The notes under the pieces: generated by a model
Told to the model about the DNA's origin: nothing
The model's input: the letters and a program-made list of their open reading frames with translations, nothing else
Databases searched by the model: none
Origin: an uncultured Candidatus Rokubacteria bacterium
GTDB taxonomy: Bacteria > Methylomirabilota > Methylomirabilia > Rokubacteriales > DASRDR01
Length of the DNA stretch: 64,000 nucleotides
Assembly (NCBI GenBank): GCA_963804185.1
Contig: CAWDPM010000015.1
Span: 8,253 to 72,252 of the forward strand
Direction of reading: 5' to 3'
Shown: piece after piece, positions 10,318 to 18,840 of the stretch
Layout: each line of letters opens with the position of its first letter
Position numbering within the stretch: position 1 is the stretch's first letter
Made by a program: the position numbers and the translations under genes

Positions 10318-10540
10318 CCTGTCCCTTCCGTTTACCCTTTTCGGGTGTTCATGGGGGACCGCCGGCGGTTGGAGGGTCGGGTCACCGCGCCTCGGACGCC
10401 GAGAACGGTCCAGATGAAACGGGTTCCGCGCCCATTTGGGGACCGACGGCGCCGGCGGGAGGGAAGGAGAACCCCAGCCGAGGCGACCCACGGGCCTGCG
10501 GCGACGGCGTGGCCGGTACACCCCGCGGGAGGCGAGATCT

Positions 10541-10640
10541 TACGCCGCCAGCCGGCTGTAGCGATGATGGAGGCCGCCGACAAGGGGCGTCTCAACGATT
10601 CTGCCCAAGTCGGGACGGTGCACCGCTCTCGGTTCCGGGG
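10541..10640 (-). pseudogene. C-terminal ~30-codon remnant of an rve-family transposase
   Basis: Minus-strand translation ...PDLGRIVETPLVGGLHHRYSRLAA* with stop at 10541. Confidence 0.4.
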
Positions 10641-10978
10641 AGACCTTGTCCTGGGAGAGGTGCGTCCGTGGACAGGGAGAATTGAACTCCCGACACCGGG
10701 ATTTTCAGTTCTTCGGCCGTGGAGGGACTATGGGACACCGTGTGACGTGATCCCCATGAATTCATGGAGTTCCGGACCTTGTCGCGACGGGATTCTGGCC
10801 GATGAGGACCAGTGGTGGCCAATGGTTCGGGCAAAGTCGGAACAAAGTCGGACGGGCCAGAGCCAACCCTGGTTCCCCGCTCCGCGCACCCTATCTGAGC
10901 AGGAAATCCTTCCGGGAATGACCCCGGCTGCCGGGAAGATGGGCGAGTGCGGGTCTTCGACCGGAAGTTCGGGGAACC

Positions 10979-11710
10979 TTGCTATACGTCGGCAAGGGCC
11001 GCGATCTGCGGCGGCGGCTCGCCCAGTACCGGACGACGCGGCGGACGAAGAAGGACCGCAAGCGCCGCGCCCTGGTGCGGTCGGCGGAGCGCATCGTCTG
11101 GGACGTCTGCGAGTCGGAGCTGGAGGCGACGCTCAGCGAGATTCGCCTCATCCAGGCGCTGCGCCCCCGCGCGAACCTGACCGGCGCGTTCCCGTTTCTC
11201 TATCCGTTCATTGGAATCCGTGCCGATGGCCGCGAGACGTCCTTCTGCCTGACCACGTCGCCGGAGTCGTTTCCGGGGTTCGACCTCCACGGGGCGTTCC
11301 GCTCTCGCGGGGTGACCGGCGAGGCCTTCTTCTCGCTGATGCGGCTGCTCGGCATCGTGGGCCACCCGGTTTCCCGGCAACCCCGGCGAGCGCGTGTGGC
11401 CCACTCGTACGTCTTCGGGTTCCGGCAGCTTCCGCGTGACTGGCCAGCGTTGTGGAGCTGCCTGCTGCGCGGGCTCTCGCGCGACGCGCTCGAGCACCTC
11501 GCCCTGCGCCTGCTCGAGCACGCGAGCGCCCGCGCGCGCCGCGCCCAGGTCCAGGAGAGTCTCCGGGCCGTCGGCCGCTTCTTCGACGACGAGGCACGCG
11601 TGCTGGCAGGAGCGATTGCTGCCACGGGCTACGCGCGCTACCCCGTCCCGCAGCGCGAGCGCGACCTCCTGATGCTCGAGTACCGCCAGCGAGCCAGCGC
11701 GACGCCCTGA
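10979..11710 (+). CDS. GIY-YIG nuclease-domain protein (UvrC/Cho N-terminal-like), apparently 5'-truncated
   Basis: TTG start directly at LLYVGKGRDLRRRLAQY (the YIG strand plus the R/Y motif). ELEATLSEIRLIQALRPRANL matches the GIY-YIG catalytic Glu/Asn helix. The first GIY strand is absent from the frame, and no UvrC C-terminal domains follow. Confidence 0.5.
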   Translation: MLYVGKGRDLRRRLAQYRTTRRTKKDRKRRALVRSAERIVWDVCESELEATLSEIRLIQALRPRANLTGAFPFLYPFIGIRADGRETSFCLTTSPESFPGFDLHGAFRSRGVTGEAFFSLMRLLGIVGHPVSRQPRRARVAHSYVFGFRQLPRDWPALWSCLLRGLSRDALEHLALRLLEHASARARRAQVQESLRAVGRFFDDEARVLAGAIAATGYARYPVPQRERDLLMLEYRQRASATP

Positions 11711-12094
11711 GCGGAGATCCCAAGCCAGGAACCTCGCAGCCTGAATCGACGGCTCCGGCTCAGGCGTAAGGTGTCACCTAAACATCCCGAGAAGCTGCTG
11801 AGCCAAGGCCCGCGCCTCGGAACGGGCTCCAAACCAAGCCCGGCGCGCAGAGACGATTGGGCAAGGGTGAGAGACTCCTGTTCAGCATCCATCTGGCCCT
11901 GGCGATGCGCCTCCTGCGCAAGTTTCACGTACACATAGCCAGGAAAGCAGCGACTGTCGCCTTCCACTTCTCGGCCGAACTTGACACTGTGGAGACGACT
12001 ATGCCGAGCGCACCTGTCCCCGGAGCGGCACCGTCAACCTAAAGCGGTGGTGGCTCCACGCACTGAGCCGCGCGACCGCCGCGGCGCCGAGAAG

Positions 12095-12470
12095 TGCGAT
12101 CAGATCTCTCCGTCTCATTCGATCACTTCGTCAGCCGCCGCTCGCAGCGTCCGCGGAACTGTCAGGCCGAGCGCCCTGGCGGTCTTGAGGTTGATGATCA
12201 CTGGACACTTCTCCGGGCCGGCGTCATCCAAGCCGGCGACCCGGGTAAGTCGCGGGCGGGCCGTTGGCGTCACCCCCAGGTCGCGATGGTAGCCGATGAC
12301 GATGGCAGGCTGCCGCGTCTGCGGGAAGCCGAACCGCGGGGTTCAGGACGCCCTTCCAGAGCCGGTACGTTTCTTCGACCTGGTGAAGCATCTCCTTGGG
12401 ACTCCGGCAGCAGCGAACTCTGAGTGCACGGGCCTCGGCGCTCACCCACGGTGCCACTCATGGTCGTATC
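12095..12470 (-). pseudogene. Remnants of PF04392-type ABC substrate-binding protein genes: a 3' end followed directly by the 5' signal-peptide stub of a second copy
   Basis: Minus strand: ...EKCPVIINLKTARALGLTVPRTLRAAADEVIE* is the canonical C-terminus of this SBP family. The overlapping ATGA then begins MRRRDLIALLGAAAVARLSAW...*, which stops after ~40 codons. Upstream frames are broken. Confidence 0.4.
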
Positions 12471-12617
12471 TGATCACCGAGCAGCTTCCGCGGCGCCGAC
12501 GATGTCCAGGGACAGGATGTCAAATCGGGAAGCGGCGCGACGCAGGAACTACCGGAGGGACGGGACGGCGGCGCGCTGTCCTCGGGCGGTTCGAGGGCAG
12601 CACACCGATGGGTGCCG

Positions 12618-12935
12618 CTAGGACGCCTTCTTCACGACCACGGACTTCGCGTGCATCTTCCCCTCGGTTTCGGTGTACGTCACCGTTTCCATGTCCTTGT
12701 CGGCGAGGTCCTTGGCCTCGGCGGGCTTGCCGGCCTTCGTGATCTTCGTGTCCTTGTCCAGGACGAAGGTCCACTCCTTCGTTTTCTTGTCCTTGCCCTT
12801 GGTCACGAGCATGAGACTGTCGGCCGTCGTGCTCTTCACCGTCCCCGTGGCGGACTTGGTCGCCACCTTCTTCGCGGCGGGCGCCGCCGGCGGATCAGCT
12901 CCGACGGCCCCGTCCAACCCGACGGACCGGATCAT
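12618..12935 (-). CDS. Small Lys-rich hypothetical protein, 105 aa
   Basis: High-GC3 codon usage (AAG/ACG) supports real coding. Sequence ...GKDKKTKEWTFVLDKDTKITKAGKPAEAKDLADKDMETVTYTETEGKMHAKSVVVKKAS. No signal peptide is seen. Confidence 0.5.
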   Translation of the reverse strand: MIRSVGLDGAVGADPPAAPAAKKVATKSATGTVKSTTADSLMLVTKGKDKKTKEWTFVLDKDTKITKAGKPAEAKDLADKDMETVTYTETEGKMHAKSVVVKKAS

Positions 12936-13078
12936 CGGGCAGCCGGTGCTCGGGGGCCTGCATTATGTGTATCAGCATGCAGCCTGATGGTCGGATGGAG
13001 TTGTTGCGCCCTACAAGGGGTCGGGCCCAATCTTCGCGGCGTCATTCCCAGGCCGTCGAATGGTTGTGGAAACGCCGA

Positions 13079-13483
13079 TCACCCGAGCGGCGCCTCGTTC
13101 ATCGTGGAGACATGCGCGGAGATCACCTTCCACCCGAGCTCGGGAAAGCGCACCCATGTCTGACTCTGACGGCCGATCAGATCGCGGCCGCGGACCTTGA
13201 ACTCGAGGTTCACGGTGGCGAGGTCGCGTCCGAGCGTGAGGATTTCGAGGCGGATCCGCTTCTCCTTGATGCCGGGTCCCGACGGGCGCACCACCCGGTG
13301 CGCGTGGATCGCCTCGAAGCCGTAACCGTTCTCGTGGAGCGCGTAGCGAATCGTGTGGGGGCTATCCCAGAACGCCGCGTCGAGCACCTCCACGTCCTTG
13401 TCGATCAGCGCCTGCTCGTAGCGCTCGAAGATCTCGCGCACCTCGGCCACGACGGCCGGCAGGTTCGGCGTCACGTCGATCAC
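13079..13483 (-). CDS. NTF2/SnoaL-like small protein (resembles the DUF3225/AtzH-type partners of amidases)
   Basis: 134 aa. Its start overlaps the stop of the upstream amidase, implying translational coupling. Confidence 0.55.
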   Translation of the reverse strand: MIDVTPNLPAVVAEVREIFERYEQALIDKDVEVLDAAFWDSPHTIRYALHENGYGFEAIHAHRVVRPSGPGIKEKRIRLEILTLGRDLATVNLEFKVRGRDLIGRQSQTWVRFPELGWKVISAHVSTMNEAPLG

Positions 13484-14664
13484 CGCAGCTCCTCCATCGC
13501 TTTCGCCACCGCCACCAGCATGACGTCGCTGCCACGCGCGGCCAGGATGGACAATCCCACCGGGAGACTGGCCACCTGGGCCCCCGGGAGACTCACCTGC
13601 GGCACGCCGGTGAGCCCGCCGTGCGCCTGCAAGGCGAGGAGGCGCCCCAGGAGCGGCGTGAGCGTCGGGAGCGACAGGCCCTTGGGTGGCGCCGGGAACG
13701 GCGTCGACGGTAAGCAGAGAATCGTCCGCGGCGGCAGCAGCCAGGCGAGCCGCGCGCGCGCCTCAAGGCGGATCAGCTCCGCCCACTGCCGCTCGTTCTC
13801 CGGAATCGTGCTCGCTAGGACCAGACGGCGGGCGACGCTGAACTGCATGCGTGGATTGTCGCGCTCGATCCACTCCCTGAAGGTCAGCCATGCCTCGTAG
13901 GGCTGCAGCGTGCGCTGCGCCCGCGCCCAGACCGACAGTCCCGGTGGCGCCAGCACGTCCTCGCGCAGATCCCTGACGATCGTCGACAGCTTGCGCACCA
14001 TCGCCTGCAACGCCGCCGCCGTCTGTGCGTCCGCGAGGCCGAACGCGTCGACGGCGACCACGAGCTTGGTCGGGAGGCTGGTCGGGATCGGCTCGCCCAG
14101 GAGCACTTCGGACACGCGCGCGAACGTGTCGGCGTCCCGCGTGAACCAGCCAGCCGTGTCCGAGCTGGGGGCCTGAGGCATCATGCCGCTGAGATCGAGC
14201 CGGCCGTGCGTGGGTCGGATGCCGTAGAGACCGCAGAAGCTCGCCGGTACGCGGACCGAGCCCCCGGTGTCGGTGCCGAGTGCGGTGTCGCACAGCTTCT
14301 GGGCCACGGCGGACGCCGAGCCGGACGACGAGCCGCCGGGGACGTGGTCGGGCGCCGCCGGGTTCAGCGGAGTGCCGTCGAACGGGTTCTCGCCGAGGAT
14401 GCCGAGCGACACCTCGTCGGTCACGGTCTTGCCGATCAGCGTGACGCCGGCGTCGAGCAGGCACTGCACCGCCCAGGCATGGCGCGTCGGCACCGGGTTC
14501 TGCCGCGCCCAGTCCGGGTTGCCGCCACCGGTCGGATGGCCCGCGACGTCAAAGAGATCCTTGGCCGCGAACGTCAGGCCCGCGAGCGGACCGCGTGGCG
14601 CCCCCGGAATCCGCAGCGGCGGGCCGGCGACGAAGGGGCTGGTCGCGGTAGCGGCAGCATTCAT
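13480..14664 (-). CDS. Amidase-signature (AS) family amidase
   Basis: 394 aa; catalytic Lys in FAAKDLFDV, GGSSSGSASAVA signature, GTDTGGSVRVPASFCG nucleophile region. Confidence 0.8.
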   Translation of the reverse strand: MNAAATATSPFVAGPPLRIPGAPRGPLAGLTFAAKDLFDVAGHPTGGGNPDWARQNPVPTRHAWAVQCLLDAGVTLIGKTVTDEVSLGILGENPFDGTPLNPAAPDHVPGGSSSGSASAVAQKLCDTALGTDTGGSVRVPASFCGLYGIRPTHGRLDLSGMMPQAPSSDTAGWFTRDADTFARVSEVLLGEPIPTSLPTKLVVAVDAFGLADAQTAAALQAMVRKLSTIVRDLREDVLAPPGLSVWARAQRTLQPYEAWLTFREWIERDNPRMQFSVARRLVLASTIPENERQWAELIRLEARARLAWLLPPRTILCLPSTPFPAPPKGLSLPTLTPLLGRLLALQAHGGLTGVPQVSLPGAQVASLPVGLSILAARGSDVMLVAVAKAMEELR

Positions 14665-14869
14665 GCAGACACGTTATTACCACGAATCCGGTGGGGCTTC
14701 CGTGGTGGAGCGCAGCGAACCGGCCGGGCCGACCGATCAGCCTCATGCGGAACGACCGGCCCTTGGCGGGCCGAGCCGAGCGCGCTAGTGTCCTGTCCCC
14801 GTGGTTCGCGCCATAACTTCAGTGGGGTGATCATCAACGGTGCGCCGGGCGAAGCGGGCGATGCTAGCG

Positions 14870-15610
14870 AGGATCTGGTCGGCGGTCTTGGTCCGTAGGA
14901 GGCACAGGATACCAGCGGATTCAAGGGGAGCTGGCGAAGCTCGGCCTTCGAGTGTCGGCCACCGCGATCCGGATACTCCTGGGCCGCCACGGGCTCGGAC
15001 CGGCCCCGCGCCAGGGTGGAGTCAGCTGGCGGGTGTTCCTCCGTCAGCAGGCCGCGAGCATCCTCGCGTGTGACTTCTTTACCGTCGAGACGGTGTGGCT
15101 GAAGACGCTGTACGTGCTGTTCTTCATCGAAGTGAACAGCCGGGGGTGCACGTCAGCGGCTGCACCGCGACGCCGGACGTCGCCTGGGTCACGCAGCAGG
15201 CCCGAAAGCTCGTCCTCCAGCGCCCAGAGCTCGACGGTGGCCGCCGGTTCCTCGTGCGTGATCGGGACAGCAAGTTCACGCGGGCCTTTGACGAGGTCTT
15301 CCGCAGTGCGGCCGGCAAGGTGATCCGCACGCCGGTGAAGGCGCCCCGGGCGAATGCGTACGCGGAACGCTGGGTCCGGACGGTGCGGACCGAGTGCCTG
15401 GACTGGCTCCTCATCCTGAATCAGAGGCATCTCGAGCGCGTGCTCCGAGTCTACGTCCACCACTACAATGCCGAACGGCCACATCGGAGGCTCAAGTTGT
15501 CCCCGCCTGAGGGACCCCGTGAGCCGATGGCCTCCGCGGTGCAAGCGAACGTGTGTCGGCGGGACCTCCTGGGCGGTCTGCTGCACGAATATTACCAGGC
15601 CGCGGCATGA
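14870..15610 (+). pseudogene. rve-family DDE transposase, 5'-truncated and frameshifted
   Basis: Frame A: ...YQRIQGELAKLGLRVSATAIRILL...ACDFFTVETVWLKTLYVLFFIEVNSR. Frame B: ...FLVRDRDSKFTRAFDEVF...PRANAYAERWVRTVRTECLDWLLILNQRHLERVLRVYVHHYNAERPHRRL. Confidence 0.55.
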
Positions 15611-16340
15611 ACCCGGGTTTGTGCACCCTTCACGTGGCGCGGACCGGCGCGCACGTGTACGTGGAGTACGCACGCTGGGCCGACGACCTGGTGGTCCTCG
15701 TGAACAACGATCGGCGGCAAGACTGGCTGGTGGAGGCGATACCCCGGCGGCTCCGAGAGGAGTTCGCCAAGCTCGATCTGCGGGTGAACGAGGGGAAGAG
15801 TCGGATCGTGGACCTGGGTCGGGGGGAGAGCTTCGGGTTCCTGGGCTTTGACTTCCGGCGCGTCCGCTCGCGGCGGGGGCGCTGGCGGCCGCAGTACATG
15901 CCGCAGCTGGCGAAGCGAACGGCGGTGCTGCGGAAGCTCAAAAAGTTGTTCCGGCGCTACGTCTCATGCTCGGTGGCACGGGTGAACGCGGTGATCAATC
16001 CGATCCTCCGAGGGTGGACCAACTACTTCCGGATCGGGCACGCGAGTCGGTGCTTTGGCTTCGTGCGCACGTGGGTCGAGAAGCGGGTGCGGCGTCACAT
16101 GATGCGGGCGAGGAATCGACGGGGCTTCGGCTGGACGAGGTGGAGTACGGCCTGGCTCTACGCCACGCTCGGGCTCTATGCGGACTACCGAGTGCGGTAT
16201 GTGGCCCGGCCGGGCAGTGCTCCCAGCCGATAGGTCGCATAACCCATGACGCGACGCGATCAGGAAAGCCCGGTGCCGGAAATCGGCACGCCGGGTTTGA
16301 TGCGGCGGGGGCTGGAAACGGGCCGACGGGTCCCGCGTCA
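15610..16340 (+). mobile_element. 3' portion of a group II intron: the C-terminal ~200 aa of the intron-encoded reverse transcriptase/maturase, then domain V
   Basis: ORF 15553-16233 contains the RT YADD region (YVEYARWADDLVVLV), GFLGFDF and the maturase/X motif INPILRGWTNYFRIGHASRCF. Domain V-like hairpin at 16264-16299: GAAAGCCCGGTGCCG-GAAA-TCGGCACGCCGGGTTTG, with the AGC triad and a GAAA loop. The 5' half of the intron is replaced by the transposase pseudogene. Confidence 0.6.
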
Positions 16341-16349
16341 GTCCTCGAC

Positions 16350-16428
16350 CCTACTCAAGACCGCGAAGGCACTCGGGTTGACGATCCCGCCGTCGGTACT
16401 GGCGCGGGCGGACGCGATCATTGAGTAG
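16350..16428 (+). pseudogene. Last ~26 codons of a PF04392-type ABC substrate-binding protein gene
   Basis: ...TLLKTAKALGLTIPPSVLARADAIIE*, the canonical C-terminus of this family. It lies immediately 3' of the group II intron remnant. Confidence 0.4.
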
Positions 16429-16687
16429 TGAGCAAGCTGACGAACCGGAAGGTCGCCGTGTATTTTTCACCAGACCGGGGACGCCACCCCCTCGGGAATC
16501 TGCGCACTCTCGGGGCTGAAGCCCTGCTGGGTGGCCGGGATCGACGCCGGCGCAGCAGTCTCGTGTCGTCCGCGGTCGACGTCGGGGCAGGCAACGATCA
16601 GGCGGGCCTCGTCTACGCTTCGACCTGACCACGGGAGACCCGCCCCACCGCCCGCGACCTGGCCCCACCCGGCTGACCGAGTGTGAC

Positions 16688-17233
16688 CTAGCCCCCGTCG
16701 CGCTGGGCGGGACGCTTGAGCCGGTCTCCCGGCCTCAGGTTGAGAATCGCCTCGGGGAAGATCGCGGCGAGCCACTTGGCGACATCGTCGACCGTCAGCA
16801 CGCCAACGGGCCGGCGGTCCTCGTCCACGAGGGGTATGGTGCGACAACCCATGCTCGTCATGCGATTCACCGCGTAACAGACCCGATCATCGGGCCTCAC
16901 CACCTCCGGGTCGCGGATCATGACCTCGGACAGGCGAGTGCGCTGCACATTACGCGCCGGCCCGAGGACCCGTGGAATGACCTCTTGATCGGTGAAGATC
17001 CCGGCGAGACGTCCCTCATCGTCGATCACCACGACGGCGCCGCGTCCCTGCTCGGTCATTCGTTGGAGCGCCTCCGCGACCGACGCCGATTCGCGGAGCT
17101 GGATCGGTTCCCTGGACGCCAAGAGGCCGACGGTGTCGCTCAGCAGCGCGTCCTCGAGCTTGCGGAACTCCGTTCCCAGCGTTTCCGAATATTCGTCGTG
17201 ATATTCAGTTGGATCCACCCTCGGCTCTGTCAT
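16688..17233 (-). CDS. CBS-pair domain protein
   Basis: 181 aa; two CBS motifs (VVVIDDEGRLAGIFTDQEV and IPLVDEDRRPVGVLTVDDV). Confidence 0.75.
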   Translation of the reverse strand: MTEPRVDPTEYHDEYSETLGTEFRKLEDALLSDTVGLLASREPIQLRESASVAEALQRMTEQGRGAVVVIDDEGRLAGIFTDQEVIPRVLGPARNVQRTRLSEVMIRDPEVVRPDDRVCYAVNRMTSMGCRTIPLVDEDRRPVGVLTVDDVAKWLAAIFPEAILNLRPGDRLKRPAQRDGG

Positions 17234-17412
17234 GTCGCGACACTCCTTCCGCGCAGCCGCTGGACGTACTGGCCCTGGCGCCCGTGGCCTTGCGTCGGGA
17301 CTCGCATCCGGAGGGTGCCGAGGTTCCGGCGCCTCCCGGTCCGCGGGTCCTTCCTTCGTGAGTATAGCCGGTGGTTGATCCGAGGCGTCGAATCATGACT
17401 CCTCGCTCCCGT

Positions 17413-17872
17413 TGTGCCTTCTACTTATTCCGTCTGCCTCGTCAACGTTGAACGGTCGGCCGGCCTGATCGATGATGGCCGGCATGATCACCCTGATCCT
17501 CACCGGCCTCCTCCGTGGTGTCCGGACCCAGCGCTCCCTCGTGCTCGAGAACCTCGCGTGGCGGGCACCAACTGGTCGTCCTCCAGCGCACCGTGCCGCG
17601 TCCACGGCTGCGAACCGCCGACCGCCTGTTCTTCGCGTCGAGACGCCCCTGGCCGGCGGCCTCCATCATCGCTACGGTCGGCGAGCGGCGTAAGCTCCTG
17701 TCTGGCGGGCTGTTCCGGCCACGTTGACGTCGCCGGTCGGTGCGTGTGTCGGTGCGCTGAACCCACTCCTCGGTGGCTCCGGGCGGAGCCAAGGTGGTCC
17801 ACGCTGCGCGTCCGTCGTATCAGAAGCCCATGACCAAGGGCGCCTGGATCGACTAAATGGAAGCGACAACTA
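17413..17872 (+). mobile_element. MITE-like internally deleted derivative of the rve-family IS. The transposase N-terminal ~55 codons are joined directly to the last ~15 codons.
   Basis: Reads MITLILTGLLRGVRTQRSLVLENLA...HQLVVLQRTVPRPRLRTADRLFFASRRPW then ...AGGLHHRYGRRAA* (stop 17693). The left end TGTGCCTTCTACTTATTCCGTCTGCC at 17413 is an inverted copy of the end at 268. The right boundary is uncertain; an imperfect IR candidate lies at 17851-17872. Confidence 0.55.
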
Positions 17873-17929
17873 GGCACCGACTGGGGCCGGGGGGCGGTCG
17901 GGCTCGACCCGGAGGGATCCATCAAGCGG

Positions 17930-18166
17930 TCAGCCGCGGATCATCGCCATCCCAGACGTGGCATCGTCCGGTGACGTCTCCCGGACCGATCGGGTAAGCC
18001 CTGCAACCCCAACGATCGACTCGGCGCAGGCGACGCAATACGTGGCGGACTCCAAGATGACCGTGCAGGAAGGGCAGCAGGGCCTGCTGCACTGGAGACA
18101 CGTGAGACACGTGACGTAGTAGGGCTCGTACCTGACGGAGCTGCTGCAGGACCACCAGAACCTCAT
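17930..18166 (-). CDS. Small Cys-rich protein with a canonical 4Fe-4S ferredoxin motif (CxxCxxCxxxCP)
   Basis: 78 aa from M at 18166: MRFWWSCSSSVRYEPYYVTCLTCLQCSRPCCPSCTVILESATYCVACAESIVG... GC3 is ~80%, consistent with coding. The extended ORF to 18403 is probably non-coding. Confidence 0.35.
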   Translation of the reverse strand: MRFWWSCSSSVRYEPYYVTCLTCLQCSRPCCPSCTVILESATYCVACAESIVGVAGLTRSVRETSPDDATSGMAMIRG

Positions 18167-18644
18167 GTCCTCCTCCGTTGCGGACGCTTCAGTCAGCGAG
18201 GACGCGAACGGCCCGGCCACGCCGCGCAACCTTCGAGCGTTGGCGGCGGATCTGTCACTTCTTCTCGAGCCCGCTCTCGCATCCGCTTCGATCCGCCCTG
18301 GTTGCGACATGCCGGGATCTGATGCTGGGGGCAGGGGCAATTCAGAACGAGGCAAACCCTGTGCCACGGGCCATCCCCGGGCCGGCAGGGCTGTGACTAC
18401 CAAGGTCGAGCGGGAGCCTACTCGAGGCGGCCAGCAGGTGAGGCAACCAGACAGCCTCGCTTCGGTATAACAACTACCGTGCAGGATTGACCGGCTTCCC
18501 CCGGCGCCACGCCATCCGGCATTGTGAGACGGAGAGCCCGTGTTGACGGAGAATCGCCACCACGACTGCTACCAGCACATCTCCCCGGGTCACGTGATGG
18601 CGGCCTCACTTCTTCCCGCTACCTAGGGGGATGTTCGCTACGCT

Positions 18645-18840
18645 TCGCTCCGGTCAGCCCACCAGCGCAGCCATGATTGCCGGCTCTGACTTGACACTAC
18701 TGTGTCACTACCATTGGCGAACACTACAATTGGCGGGGGTTTATGGCAGCATTGCCACCAGTTGGAGGGGAGCCGCACACCCAGTGTTCACGCGGGTCCG
18801 CAAGTTTTGTGACACTGTAGTGTTAACCGGTGGACCACTC
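18645..18840. repeat. Lower-GC intergenic array of ACACT/AGTGT half-site repeats, including two short palindromes
   Basis: TGACAC-TACT-GTGTCA at ~18648-18663; CACTAC and AACACTACA repeats at ~18664-18690; GACACT-GT-AGTGTT at ~18807-18822; CAGTGTT at ~18781. Confidence 0.3.

Noticed and set aside
10345-11439. 364-aa plus-strand ORF upstream of and overlapping the GIY-YIG gene
   Set aside because: It is Arg/Pro/Gly-rich with no domain signal. It spans IS-remnant DNA, and only the GIY-YIG frame shows motifs.
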